This document shows, piece by piece, positions 10,033 to 21,848 of a stretch of DNA of 64,000 nucleotides. The position numbers and the translations under genes were made by a program. The notes beneath the pieces are model-generated. The model was not told the DNA's origin. It saw only the letters and a list, made by a program, of their open reading frames with translations, and searched no databases. The stretch spans positions 1,798-65,797 of the forward strand of contig JAADVB010000088.1 of NCBI GenBank assembly GCA_023334545.1, in the 5' to 3' direction. The stretch is from Salisapilia sapeloensis CBS 127946 (lineage: Eukaryota > Protista > Oomycota). The number at the start of each line of letters is the position of its first letter. The first letter of the stretch is position 1.

Positions 10033-10604
10033 TTAGTGCGTCGACGTGGACGGGTCCGAGCTGAGCGTGCTCTGCGGCTGCGTGACAGGGAAGCCCATGG
10101 CCTGGATTTGCTGATAGTTGAAACCTTTCGACAATAACTCCTTGACTGCCTCATTCGACTGTTCCTCTCGTAGCAGCTAGAAGCATGGTTAGATAAGGAT
10201 TCTATTGTTTTTCAAGAGTTGAAAGATACCTCGATGCTCATGGGGACGAGCGTGATGATGCCAAAGGTGGCGATGAACCAGACCGTGCGACGAGATGCGT
10301 TCCATCCCTATTGAATATAACTGTCACTACCAACTAGCATCAAGCAGATAGATGAAAGGACATACGGACTGGGACCAGGCAACAGCGCTCTGGTAGTACG
10401 AGCTCTCTTGGACAGTCGTTGGCAGGTTCTTGATCATTTCCTAATCCATCCACACAAATAAGTAGCTGTTCTTACTACTTGGGCGATACAACCAAGCAGG
10501 AAGAGGTAGCAACAAGAGGAACGTACCATCATGCTAGAGCTGCCATTGCCAGCTTTCGCCTTCTCCTTCTCCAAATTCCTTAGCTCTCCGAACGTGTCTG
10601 ACAT
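10033..10604 (-). CDS. Mitochondrial import receptor TOM22/TOM9-like; 4 exons, missed by the ORF track
   Basis: Manual splicing across three GT-AG introns gives MSDTFGELRNLEKEKAKAGNGSSSMM/EMIKNLPTTVQESSYYQSAVAWSQS/GWNASRRTVWFIATFGIITLVPMSIE/LLREEQSNEAVKELL.... The W-x3-T-x6-VP-x2-IE transmembrane pattern is Tom22-like. Confidence 0.65.
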
Positions 10605-10799
10605 ACTTCGATTCTTTTTGTGTTCCAGTCATACTCGAGTTCTATACAATGCCATCCTTATGCCACTTCTTTTTCCGATCAACCCTGTAAATGCATCTAA
10701 TTTAGTGATACCAACTCCCTTTCTTGACACGAAAGTGATATAGCTCATTTGCATCTTAGAGATCTGCTTCGGACAAGATTTTTGGAAGGGTAACGCTTA

Positions 10800-13700
10800 A
10801 TGGCGACTAAGAATGAAGTGGAGGTAGATACCTTCGTGCCTCCACTGTTGCTGAGTAAAAAACAACTTGGTGGTGTGCCTGTGCAAGGAGATGTGAAGGA
10901 AAAAACCATCTTGACAGCCACTTATGATGCTGATCGCAGCGCGATTTTAGTCGTTGATGACAAGTCTGCATGGATCTGCACTTTTGGAAAGTCTATGGAT
11001 ACGAATGAGAGCAAGTTAAATGCCGTGACACTCACCGCTTTTGAGACCGACACCACAATCGAGTCGGATGACGAACAAGAGGAGGTACAAGGCGACAACC
11101 GAGATGCATGGAGCATTCAGTGGAGCCCAGACGGCTCGTATCTTGTTATAATGGGTCAAATTCTTGACGAATCGAACGATCCGACGAAACGAAAACCTGC
11201 ATTGTGGCTATCTACTACTCCATCATGGCTACAAGACACTTCCGTCGACACGTCCGAGCCTTTGACCATCGAGATAGACGTTTCCGACTACACCAGCAAG
11301 CGAAAACTACGTGATACTTCTGGTTTGACGTCTGTCTTCTTCCCACAGGGCAAATCCACTACCTTCTGCTTCCTGACATTCACCTCGTCACTCTTTCAAG
11401 CGGAAATCGGCCTTCCACAGCTCTCTTTAGTCGCTTCTGAAGTAAAAGAAGCATCGAAAGTCACTTCGAAAGACCAGATCAAGCCTTTCTTCCGTCTCCA
11501 ACCACTCGTCGACTTGAGTGAGTGGCACAGTCGTACTCGCTGTGCTACTTTTGACAATTCTAGCTCGACATTAGTCGTCTCTGGAAGTGTCTTGGATACT
11601 AATGGAGAGCTAGTAAATATGCGAGCATCTTCTTTAACAGTTTGGCGTTTCTCTAGGGATTCAAAGAGTCCACAACAAATGGATTCAACCATCTTAAAAG
11701 AAGCAGCAGTGTCCTCCAAGAGTACCTCCAAAACTGAGCCAAAAGAAGAAGAGAAAGCAAGTGTGAGTACATGGAGAAAGCTATGGACTGGTACGAAAGA
11801 CTTGAGAGCGGCTGAAGAGCTTATTCAGTCCATGACATTGTCCACAAATGGAGACTATGTCGTGCTGACGGATATAACAGGCAAGCTATCTATCTATCGT
11901 CTTCATCCAGTGCATCCGATTGTGTCATGGCAGTTCCTACACCACGTACCGACGGATGGGGATGCTAAAACAAGTGCTCTTGTACAGCAATCAGGTTTTC
12001 TACACGTCAAAAAAGCATCCTTCACTCTAGACAACATTCTCCTCTTGTCTACGAAAGAAGGACGGATGGTATATGCTCGTGTCCAAGATGATGCAAACCT
12101 ACAGTATCTTACTCCGGAATGGAATGCACGACACAAGAGCAGTCAACGCAGTAGAGTACTTGCGTTCGACATGTCTGTAAGCGAGACACTGGGTATATGC
12201 CAAGTTATCATGACTTCATCATCCAAAGTGCAGCTCGAGTACATTCAAAAGCTGTCTTTCGAAACGTTCATACAACAAGTGATTTCATCTAGCAACTTGG
12301 AGAAAGCGTTGCGACTCGTGGATCAAAGTACTTTGGACTCGAAGGACAAGGATGGACTATATCACCAGATATGGAAGCGTTATCAAGCAGATCAGACGGT
12401 CGGAGAGACGGATGGATGGAAAACCATCATCGATACATCATCTCCTGCCTTTGATACTGCCCTCCTGTCCTTATCTCGAGTGTCAGACGCACAAACGGTT
12501 GCACTTGAGTGTCAAGACGCAATCTCGTTCTTGTCTCCAGACGACACGAGACGGATCATCACGACAGGTCTCGAGCTAGACGTCTCTGACGCTCTTCACA
12601 CTACCTTCCAAACGGCTTTAGACCGACTGGACACGATGCAACAGATCTATACAGCAGAGATGGACGATAAGGATAGTGAATGGTACCTCGGAGCAGTCTA
12701 CGCACAGTTTCTTGCTACATCCCCGTTAGATATGTGCATGTCACTCGCCTCGGAAGGACGCACAGACGCCTTATCGCTTGTCTTCTGGAGTTATACAGAA
12801 GAACTGATGCCTCATCTCTTGGATCTCTTAAGTGCTATACCTCCAACGGTGTCTCCATGGCAGTACCTGTCTCTCCTTCCAGTATTGTGCATTGGCACCA
12901 AGCGTCTGTACAAACTGCAGCGTGATAGTGGTGTGGAGGTGAATGTCATGACACAGGATCTACCTGCTATCGTCCAGGTTGTACCGATGGACTTGCCGAA
13001 TGTAAAGGCTTTGGATGTAGACATTGTTGTCACGTGGTTCCAACGTCGGATTGAAGACTTAGACAGTACATACGGACAGCTCGAGACGAGTTACTACTTG
13101 GCTCGATTAGCATACATGTGTATTCCTTTAGAAAGCATGTCCAAGGACTTGTCCGACCTCTTGGTGCATACCCAGAGACTGTACCATTCGATCTACACGA
13201 TTGGGATGTTCCCACCATCCAAGACCTTGGCAGGATGGAAGAACGAACTCTTCTTAGACCCACTGCTTTGCTTCTCGACTCCTGTCGATCCAGATGCATG
13301 TCTATACTCTCTCCATACAGTCTTCCTGTCCACTCGAACGATCGTTTACTCGCTCGATTCACCTTGTGCACATGTATGCCGATACCTCTTGTCTCTCCAC
13401 CCATCCGACCCAATGGCATTGGAGGCGTGCACTCGTATCATGGAAGCTAGTGCTCCATCTTTACCCATGCCCAGTCGATGGATCCAGAGCGATACTTGTC
13501 TCCTACAGACTGCCATTCAACTCATCCTCCAAAGCGACGGCAGTACGCACCTCACTCGTGACATTGAGTGCTGGTGGCGGATTTTTATGTGTCTCCCTGA
13601 ACGTACGCACAAGGATGATGCTGACACGACTGCGCTGCAGGATCAAGTAGATCGCGTATCCAACTTGCTCATACAGAGTGAGACGCTGCTCAAGTACGAT

Positions 13701-16700
13701 GTGAGCAAGACACCCAAGGAGCTTTCTCAAGGAAGCATTGAACTAGACGATTTGGTAGGTCTCATGTGTGAACGAGGGTTGGATAAGGAAGACGGATGGA
13801 AGGGAGTGTGTGGGGACCTTTTGAAGGTTGCTACGTTGCTACCGTCTGAAGAGCAGAGTCAGCATCGTATACTACAAGCCATATTGACGTACATGGTGCG
13901 TCAGAAACGGAGTGGAAGTGAAGATCTAGTAGTCAGCTGGGTCTCATTAGCTCCTGAAAGTATCCCGCAAGTACTCGACCTCCTCTTGTCTCTTTTATCC
14001 GAAGCTATGGATGAACTCGTAACTAGCGAATCGATGGCATGGGCCGTTTATCATCTACTAGAGATCGTTATACAACACCAAGCTACATCTCCAGAGACTA
14101 TCCAAGCTTACACAGCGAAGATGGAAGAGTACGCGAGGTTCATCAAGGGCGCAGACGTCTTGTCTCGTACAACGGATGAAGCCTTGCGCTTGACACCGAA
14201 CGAACTACTGTCTTCTTCTCTATATGAACGTCAAGAACTGACGATCAAGGCACTTGATATGACAGCGACTCACTCTTCTGTCGATCCAAGTACATTAGAC
14301 TGGCTATCGTCTTGGACGCACAAGAAAGTATTGACATATATGGATGCCATCTTTCTCCTCTGTGAACTCTTCCAGATCGACAGTAATGAGTTCAAGCTAC
14401 AGCTACTGACTAGTGCAGCAAAAGGACGTATGGACCACGTAGAAGAAGTGTTTAGTATGCTCATGGAGAGCTTAGCTCTAGTTGAAAGCGTCGACTTGAG
14501 CGCTTTGGACAGTGTTCAGCAAATCTTTGCGCTTGTACAACAAGTAATGGACGTTGACTGTGCTCAATACTGGCCACAACAAGTAGCGCTAGGAGAGACA
14601 TTGCTTTCATGCGACTACAGTCTATACCAGACATACGACCAGATCACGACAAGTGCTGACCACATCCAAAGACGACTGCACGTCCTCAGCTGTCTCCAAC
14701 GTCTATCGACTGAGCTCCATCTATCGGAGAAGGAGATTGATAATCGCAAGACTGACGGCATGGACGTTGCGCAGTGTCTCCAACAACAATTCCTTCTCCC
14801 GACGCTGGAGGTGGTCAAGAACGAGGAGTCAAGTCCTTCACTTCTATTGCGTCTTCTGTCCCTCACATGCTCTCTCGACAAGAGCCTCAGTGCGAAGTCT
14901 TCTTGGCTGGAGGGTAGTCTAAGCCATTTGACGCTCTTGTGTTTAGACGAGACACTAGAGCTAAGCGTATCGGACGACTTGTTCTCTTCTTACGTCGACT
15001 GTACACTGGACTTTATCCAGACGTATGCAGACACTTGTGACGATACACATACGTTCCAACGTTTTTCTGAAGACCTTTTCCATCAAGTCGTCGGATCAAA
15101 TGGCGAAGCAGTAGACATTGTCGTCGAACGACTACGCCGATTCTTTTTAACCTTGAAAGACAAAGTCACGAGTGATTGGAAACAAGTCTTATGTCTCGAT
15201 CTAGCGAGTCGATGTGAAGATCATCTCCAGGCACAGGCACAACAACGAGAGCTGGAAAGTGTTCGAGAGAAACTCGATACGAACCTGGATGCGGACAGAT
15301 TTGAGCGAGATGAAGCGTATCGGAGGCAACAGCTAGTGTCACTTGCACATGCCGACATGGAACGAGCATTGACATTAGCCAAAAGGTACCAGATGAATAA
15401 TCTCGACGTCCTACTTCCGTACTTGAAGGCGATACTAGTGGATGGTAAAGATACGGGTGATCGTCAACAGGAGATTGAACGACGTGTCAAGGTCGGACAG
15501 ACAAATGTCTTCGAGATGACGTTGGCATCTCCAACACCATTCGCATCTTTTCTACTAGACGTATGGAAGGAAGTAGATGGGAAAGATCATGTTGCAGTGC
15601 TACTCGTATGGAGAATGATGCTCGAGTGTTCAAAGCGTTTAGAAGGAGAGACGCAAGTATTTCCTCAAGGAGCTTTATCTAAGACTCAGCATCGACGTCT
15701 GACACTACTCTTTGCGTGTTTGAAGAAAGCAAAGGAGTTTACCCCAGCATCTTTTGATGCCAAGCGCTTGTGTGCAGTGGATGTCGATCCTCTTGTCGAG
15801 ACACGGGTAAGTGCAACTGTATTGGAAGAAGCGTTGAGTGTGACGACAGATCGGAATGTCAAGGGTATGAGTAAAGTCATGCAAAAGCTACATCAAGTAC
15901 CTATCTCCACGTACCTTCTCCTCTTCCTCGCAAAGAAGCTTGAGACGCTGTGGGAAGGAGATGGTACTAGCACCCAGGCATTCGATTCCTGTCAAAAGTT
16001 CATGAACGGACTAAACGACAGTCATCTTTGCTTCTTCTACGCGTCCTTCACTGGCATTTCTCTGTCCAGTGTGGGTGAAGTAGAGACACATGACGTAGAC
16101 ATCTCTTCTCTATCCGCTTTCCAACCTCTGTCAAGCCAGGAAACATGGCATGTCTTGAATGATTTCTTCTCGCGTCTTGAGAAACGTAGAGAGCTGTCGG
16201 ATGTAGCTTCTCATGTGGAGAGAGAAGTGGAGAAGGCAGGCATGAGACTAGCTCTGGATGCTGTGCATGCGTCCAAGTGGCTCCCACACGTCACCAAGAC
16301 GGAGGTGCAGCAGTGGCAGGACAAGATGCTGAGGTGGACACAGGCACCTGATGCTTCAGCTCTTGAACCACTCATGGTCGAACTGTGCACGTTAGTGCAG
16401 AGCGTGTCCATGACGTCCCTTGTCATGTGTCTAGGAGAAGTGGTATGTGGCGATGAATGCCGGTTGGATACACACAAGGTGTATATAGAGGCAGTTGGGA
16501 TTCTCATCTCGGCTTTTGTCGCATGTGAGGAGAGATACACAGAGCCAAAGGATCTACTCCACATGAACATTCAACAGGAGAATACAGTAGCTACCTCCAT
16601 GCAACGTCTCGGCAAAATGGATGATAAGGACAGCTCGCTACTGCATACGCTCCAAGCGTCTGCTTCCTCTGTCTTGAACAACGTACAAGGCAAACGAGAG

Positions 16701-17708
16701 GACGTAGCGACTACTATTGTAGAGCAATTAGAAGTGACGATGGAAGAGATGGAACGAGCCGAAGAGTACGAAAGACTAGCAGTGCTAACACAAGTGCTCT
16801 TGGCGCGAGATCGAGGCCGACGATCAAAGGAAGAGCTGGCAAAGTTGAGCTTTGGCGCCAAGGTCAAGGCACTATTGTCCACCTCTGAAAACGTCACAAA
16901 GATATCCACAGATGCGATGCACTTGCCAGACAACTTTACTCTTGTCGTCCATGAACTCTTGGCTGCTGAAACAGTCATTAGCACAAATACCTTGACGACT
17001 CTTCTCGTCCTTCGATCTGACATCATGCCTTGTACCAACGGACAAACATGGGCGGAAGAGCTTACACGAGCGACCAACCAACGTCTGGAACAGGAGAATA
17101 GCACGGAGGAAGATGTAGAAAGTAGTCAAGTAGAGCAGTGGTGGGTCCGTCTGCTTATCCATGGCAAGCTAAGCCAGCCACTTCTTTCCTTTTATCAAGA
17201 GACAGCCTACAGCCATATCCAATCCGTATCTGCACAAGAGGACGTGATGCAGTCTCTAGTCGAACAGGACAAGGCACTAGCTGCTCGCTTTGCTCTTTTG
17301 TGTCCGTCTGACGCACTCCGCTCATCTTACCACTCGATGATCTTTGCACAGGACGCTTTCTCCAACCTCGACCTGCTCCTCTTACGTTATGACGTCAAGA
17401 CGTTGCTAGCGGAAGGCCTGTACGATGATCTGGTTACTTACCACGTCCAATGTCACGAGATGAAGCCGTTAACATCGACAGGAAGCTACTTTGTCTGTGC
17501 GCTCGTGAAAGAACGCAAGTACATGGCAGCAGCACGTGTGGTCTGTATGCTATGGCACGTGTCTCCCATGCTGTATGATAGTACAAGTGCTCTTTATCTT
17601 TTACGCAAGTACGTGCAAAAGGTATCGATGCAAGTGAAGAGGAAGGGAGGACGGATGATGGAGCTAGTGACAGTGGTAAATGAACGAATGCAAGAATTGG
17701 AAAGTTAA
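10800..17708 (+). CDS. NBAS: NBAS/Sec39-like ER tethering complex subunit, 2302 aa, single exon
   Basis: N-terminal beta-propeller-like region (WSPDGSYL, LSTNGDYV). Sec39-type motifs PHLLDLLSAIPPTVSPWQYLSLLP and WFQRRIEDLDSTYGQLETS, followed by a long helical solenoid. Confidence 0.8.
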   Translation: MATKNEVEVDTFVPPLLLSKKQLGGVPVQGDVKEKTILTATYDADRSAILVVDDKSAWICTFGKSMDTNESKLNAVTLTAFETDTTIESDDEQEEVQGDNRDAWSIQWSPDGSYLVIMGQILDESNDPTKRKPALWLSTTPSWLQDTSVDTSEPLTIEIDVSDYTSKRKLRDTSGLTSVFFPQGKSTTFCFLTFTSSLFQAEIGLPQLSLVASEVKEASKVTSKDQIKPFFRLQPLVDLSEWHSRTRCATFDNSSSTLVVSGSVLDTNGELVNMRASSLTVWRFSRDSKSPQQMDSTILKEAAVSSKSTSKTEPKEEEKASVSTWRKLWTGTKDLRAAEELIQSMTLSTNGDYVVLTDITGKLSIYRLHPVHPIVSWQFLHHVPTDGDAKTSALVQQSGFLHVKKASFTLDNILLLSTKEGRMVYARVQDDANLQYLTPEWNARHKSSQRSRVLAFDMSVSETLGICQVIMTSSSKVQLEYIQKLSFETFIQQVISSSNLEKALRLVDQSTLDSKDKDGLYHQIWKRYQADQTVGETDGWKTIIDTSSPAFDTALLSLSRVSDAQTVALECQDAISFLSPDDTRRIITTGLELDVSDALHTTFQTALDRLDTMQQIYTAEMDDKDSEWYLGAVYAQFLATSPLDMCMSLASEGRTDALSLVFWSYTEELMPHLLDLLSAIPPTVSPWQYLSLLPVLCIGTKRLYKLQRDSGVEVNVMTQDLPAIVQVVPMDLPNVKALDVDIVVTWFQRRIEDLDSTYGQLETSYYLARLAYMCIPLESMSKDLSDLLVHTQRLYHSIYTIGMFPPSKTLAGWKNELFLDPLLCFSTPVDPDACLYSLHTVFLSTRTIVYSLDSPCAHVCRYLLSLHPSDPMALEACTRIMEASAPSLPMPSRWIQSDTCLLQTAIQLILQSDGSTHLTRDIECWWRIFMCLPERTHKDDADTTALQDQVDRVSNLLIQSETLLKYDVSKTPKELSQGSIELDDLVGLMCERGLDKEDGWKGVCGDLLKVATLLPSEEQSQHRILQAILTYMVRQKRSGSEDLVVSWVSLAPESIPQVLDLLLSLLSEAMDELVTSESMAWAVYHLLEIVIQHQATSPETIQAYTAKMEEYARFIKGADVLSRTTDEALRLTPNELLSSSLYERQELTIKALDMTATHSSVDPSTLDWLSSWTHKKVLTYMDAIFLLCELFQIDSNEFKLQLLTSAAKGRMDHVEEVFSMLMESLALVESVDLSALDSVQQIFALVQQVMDVDCAQYWPQQVALGETLLSCDYSLYQTYDQITTSADHIQRRLHVLSCLQRLSTELHLSEKEIDNRKTDGMDVAQCLQQQFLLPTLEVVKNEESSPSLLLRLLSLTCSLDKSLSAKSSWLEGSLSHLTLLCLDETLELSVSDDLFSSYVDCTLDFIQTYADTCDDTHTFQRFSEDLFHQVVGSNGEAVDIVVERLRRFFLTLKDKVTSDWKQVLCLDLASRCEDHLQAQAQQRELESVREKLDTNLDADRFERDEAYRRQQLVSLAHADMERALTLAKRYQMNNLDVLLPYLKAILVDGKDTGDRQQEIERRVKVGQTNVFEMTLASPTPFASFLLDVWKEVDGKDHVAVLLVWRMMLECSKRLEGETQVFPQGALSKTQHRRLTLLFACLKKAKEFTPASFDAKRLCAVDVDPLVETRVSATVLEEALSVTTDRNVKGMSKVMQKLHQVPISTYLLLFLAKKLETLWEGDGTSTQAFDSCQKFMNGLNDSHLCFFYASFTGISLSSVGEVETHDVDISSLSAFQPLSSQETWHVLNDFFSRLEKRRELSDVASHVEREVEKAGMRLALDAVHASKWLPHVTKTEVQQWQDKMLRWTQAPDASALEPLMVELCTLVQSVSMTSLVMCLGEVVCGDECRLDTHKVYIEAVGILISAFVACEERYTEPKDLLHMNIQQENTVATSMQRLGKMDDKDSSLLHTLQASASSVLNNVQGKREDVATTIVEQLEVTMEEMERAEEYERLAVLTQVLLARDRGRRSKEELAKLSFGAKVKALLSTSENVTKISTDAMHLPDNFTLVVHELLAAETVISTNTLTTLLVLRSDIMPCTNGQTWAEELTRATNQRLEQENSTEEDVESSQVEQWWVRLLIHGKLSQPLLSFYQETAYSHIQSVSAQEDVMQSLVEQDKALAARFALLCPSDALRSSYHSMIFAQDAFSNLDLLLLRYDVKTLLAEGLYDDLVTYHVQCHEMKPLTSTGSYFVCALVKERKYMAAARVVCMLWHVSPMLYDSTSALYLLRKYVQKVSMQVKRKGGRMMELVTVVNERMQELES

Positions 17709-17725
17709 GTCGTTGTATTGGCAAA

Positions 17726-18372
17726 CTAGACGTTCAATTGGACGAGTTGGAGGAGAGACGTGTTGCGCCAGTCTTTCGACACATCCTCCAAGTGCTCTTC
17801 AAAGTCCACTACGCTTTCATGTGCCTTCTTCGACAAGGCAGTGGACACCAACTTGGGTGCACTCGTATCCACAAGTGTCAGTCGATTGTCCACCTTTGTC
17901 CATCCACGCTTCACGTCTTTCAGTAGGAGCTACGACTTTTATAAGTATTTTGCTATGGAGTAGAGGATAGTTAACGAGATACCTGAACGGCAGAGTTGTT
18001 TTCACTTTCTAGTTGCTCGTTCACGACCGTAATGACACAGGCACGAGAGCAATTGTTTTCGACTTGCGAAGCTAGCTTTGAGGCAAAATGGCTCAAGTCA
18101 GAGGCATTCGCTTTAGACAATGCATTGGCAAAGTAGACCCCAATGATCTGTTTTCCCTGCGTCTTGCTGTACGTATCCACGATGTTACATGCCACCTCAG
18201 CAGTCGGAGCTAGTGGGGAGGTCTCATGGAACAAGGGCGCAGCGTCTTCCACAACCACACCTCCATTGTCTTCCTTGCCAATAAGCAGTCCGCAGCAGGA
18301 AGCTGACGGGTGTTTAGCAGCGTGCAGCATGAGCTTCACATAGGCCTCTGATGCGAGTTGGTAGGAGCTCAT
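17726..18372 (-). CDS. EMC8: ER membrane protein complex subunit 8/9 (UPF0172, MPN fold); 2 exons
   Basis: AYVKLMLHAAKHP...CCGLLIG...DAAPLFH. An intron at ~17928-17981 joins this to VVDFEEHLEDVSKDWRN. Confidence 0.9.
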
Positions 18373-18569
18373 GATCCGAGTGCTCGTATCGTTGATGAGT
18401 CGACCCGTAAAAGTAACATCAGTTGTCTCGATGGATTAAGTGCTGAATAAAAACCATACAATCGAACGCGACGTCATCATCGTCGGTCACTATCTCTTCC
18501 AAGCGGTATTCGCCCTTCGTAGATCCTCCACAGAACTACATCCAGCTCCAAGTTGGCATTGCATGAAAA

Positions 18570-19873
18570 ATGAATGCCAGGTCAAAAGCACGAAAGTCTA
18601 GCTCGAGTTCTGATACATCTTCGTCGTCGTCTGACACGCCTCGGTCCGGTCGATTTCCAAGTGTGCCAAAGCCAGTGTATAAAGCGAAACTGGAAGACAT
18701 TATTTTAGACGCGAAACGTCGTCATCGTACTGGTATGTCGTGATTCGAGTATCTGATGGATCTTACGAGACTTACGACGAGATAGACATTAAAAAGGATG
18801 CTTGGGATCGAGAAGGCTTTGCTGGCTCAGACGTTTGTGAGCTTCAGATTGGGTCCTCTAATTCTTCTGACCAGAGCAATATTCGTCGTGAGTCTTGTCG
18901 AGACCTTTCGGTCGATCGATTCTTTGAAGAGTATGAAAGTCCGAGCGTCCCAGTTGTGATTGAAGACATTCCGCAAGAGTATGACTGGTCTGCACTAAGA
19001 AACTGGGACTTTGAGGTACGTCATGTACTTCTTATTTTTATCGGTAAGAGTCTCATGTGCAAGTAGAAATTGAAAGAAAAGTATAAAAATGTGCGTCTCA
19101 AGTGTGGTGAAGACGACGACGGTCGTTCGATTCGGATGAAAGTGAAGCATTTCATCCGGTATATGCGCAAGCAGACCGACGATTCTCCTCTCTACGTCTT
19201 CGATAGTACGTTTGACGACGATGAAACGACCAAGCCGTTGCTATTCGACTACAAAGTCCCATTATACTTTCAAGATGATCTATTCAACCTTGTGTCGGAG
19301 AAGAGACGACCTCCCTATCGTTGGTTCCTCATCGGACCCAAACGCTCCGGCACTTGTGTTCACATCGATCCACTCGGTACGTCTGCTTGGAACACGTTGA
19401 TCGTCGGGCGTAAACGATGGGTTCTTTTCCCACCAGACGTACCGAAACGAATCGCCAAAGGAACAGACGAAGTACTGAAAGGAGAGGACGATGAAGCTGT
19501 CAATTACTTCATGGACATCCTCCCTCGCATCCGACGCAAGTATCCGGACGTTGCGAAGAAATGCATAGACTTTATCCAGTACCCTGGTGACACGTGCTTC
19601 ATCCCAGGCGGATGGTGGCATACGGTACTGAATCTAGACGACACGATCGCCGTGACGCAGAATTTCTGCAGCGTCCAGAACTTTGATCGCGTGTGGACTC
19701 GTACCCGCAGCGGTCGGAAGCGTATGGCTGTCAAGTGGCTCGGGACACTGAAGGAAGAACGACCGGAGCTAGCGAAACGAGCGAAGAAGATGAATAAACG
19801 CGATGGATTTATCATGCACGACAAACGCAAGCTACAAGATGCCAATACAAGTGCCAAACGGATGAAACAATAG
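18570..19873 (+). CDS. JMJD6: JmjC-domain protein JMJD6/PSR-like; 3 exons
   Basis: KCGEDDDGRSIRMK, DDSPLYVFDS, PPYRWFLIGPKRSGTCVHIDPLGTSAWN and FIPGGWWHTVLNLDDTIAVTQNF (HxD...H Fe ligands). ATG at 18570 was inferred by extending the frame upstream through an intron at ~18733-18785. Confidence 0.92.
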
Positions 19874-19938
19874 ATTTTTGTAAAAGTGTCCGGACGTATT
19901 CCATACATTTGTACTGGTGTGTGTCCAGCGTTTCAAAG

Positions 19939-21654
19939 CTACCTTCGATCGCTTGGCGGCAACGCACACGAGACACGCAAAGGCGTTCCTTTAAACTCCT
20001 TTCCGTCCATTTCTTCCACCGCTCGGTTCATATCGTCCTGACTCTTCAACGTCACGAAACCAAAGCCTCGAGCAGTGATGCGCACCGTCTCATAGCCGAG
20101 GTACTGGAAGAGGAAACCCAGCTCATCTCTCGTCGTCCCTTGCGGCAAGTTCCCGACGTACACTTCGTACGGATGAGGGTTACTAAACCTTCCACCTCGT
20201 CCACCTCGTGGATTCGACTGACGGAATCGATTTGGATTCGTATTTGACGGCGCATTCCCGTTTTGGTTTTGTAGATGCGATGGCACTTGGGCATGCCCCC
20301 ACCAGACCGAGTGCACAATCACACTCTCAGCATTTCCATTCTCGTCTCTTGTCGGAATCGACAGCACGAGGTTCTCGCCTTCTCGAATCGGCACGCGATG
20401 ACGAAATTCATCCTGAAACACTTCTTCGATAAACACGAGAAAGCCAGTCGGCACGGCCGTTAGACGCAACGTAAATGGCTCACCAAAGGTAATGGGCGAC
20501 CGAGGCAGAGGCTGGGCACATCCCCATCGACCATCGATATTGGAATTCTGAACGACTTGGCGGTTCCGACGCGGATTAAAGTGGTACAAGACCGTTCCTG
20601 GAGGCGTGGCACCAGACAGTAAGGACGACTGGGTCGAAAGATTAAAGCAGCATCGGTGGGAGGAAGACGGGATGGTCGCGTGGATCACGAGCGTGTTGTT
20701 CGTGGCGAACGCAACTTCCGGGAGAACAAGGTCCAGTGGTGTCTGATTTGCTGCTGAGTCCCAATCTTCCGTTCGTAAGAAACTTTCTAGTGGTAACTGG
20801 ATCGACGATCGTCCGCCTTGGATCTTAATTTCCCCAGGTCGATCACTCTTGACCGTACGAGGTCGTTTCGCAGGTGCCGGAGGTGGTGTATTGTTATTAG
20901 TATTGTTGTTCGTAGTGGTCGAATTGACGACACTTCCACCTTTCAGGATGTCTGCCAACGGATTCGAACGTTTCGATCCCGTCGTGTTCGCCAAGGAAAA
21001 CGAATTAGTTCGACCTAGGCTAGGTTTTGATTTCTTTGCCATCAATTGCTTGGCACGTTCCATTGCAGATAACCCCGTTGTTACGTTCGTACCACTGGAG
21101 GTTCCATTTGTACTAGAAAACATAAGTAGAGGCTAATACTATTGTACAAACGCAGCGTACCTTGTGCTAGTGGACGAAGCACCTTTAGGCGTGCCTGCAT
21201 TCGACCCAGAATGTTGACGTTGGAGCAGAAAGTTCTGTACACGCTCTCGATCTGCTTGACTCTTCTGCCTTGGCGTCGTGGAGCTCGTGGTCGTACTAGC
21301 AGCGGCAGTCGAGAGCGAAGCGACCTGTGGTGTACCACCTGCCGTGGTGGATGGCACGTAGCTCCCAGCTTTAAAGGCTGTAGCTTGAGGTGGACTAGTA
21401 AAGGTAGCTTCTGTGTTCGCTGTGGTGATGCCTTCCGCCTCCTATGACGACTGTGAATAGAGATAAATGGACATGCATAAGAGAAGGAGTACTTTTGGAA
21501 AGAAGAGATCATGGAGGAGTTTTTCCTGTCTCGTGAGGTATTTCCCATCCACATGGAATAGCTTCATCTCAGACTGAAGTCTAGCGACATACCCTCCGTT
21601 CTTATCGATGATCTCATCGTCTCCACCATGCTCCGACATGTCCACTGCCGCCAT
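19939..21654 (-). CDS. Low-complexity N-terminus + galectin-like domain + RGG + RRM fusion protein, ~538 aa, 3 exons
   Basis: GT-AG introns at 21442-21492 and 21113-21160 preserve the frame. Galectin motifs: LYHFNPRR, VVQNS, GRWG, FRHRVP. RGG: RGGRGGR. RRM: RNP2 VYVGNL and RNP1 RGFGFVTL. Confidence 0.8.
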
Positions 21655-21848
21655 ACTCAAAACGTTTTTCCTAGTCTCCTCTTGATCTCACATTCATATA
21701 TTTTTTCATACAAAAATGCAGTGATATCAGTAAATAATTTTATGGAACGGACACTTAACACGATTAAAGCACTCCGAGTGGTTTAGCAGGCTAGACCATC
21801 GCTATCAACGCGTCTACCTTCTCTACTACTATCTTTCGGAAGATTCTA

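Noticed and set aside
9627-18372. DPM2, NBAS and EMC8 as an ER-function cluster
   Set aside because: Adjacent housekeeping genes in a compact genome, with no shared motif or other evidence of co-regulation.
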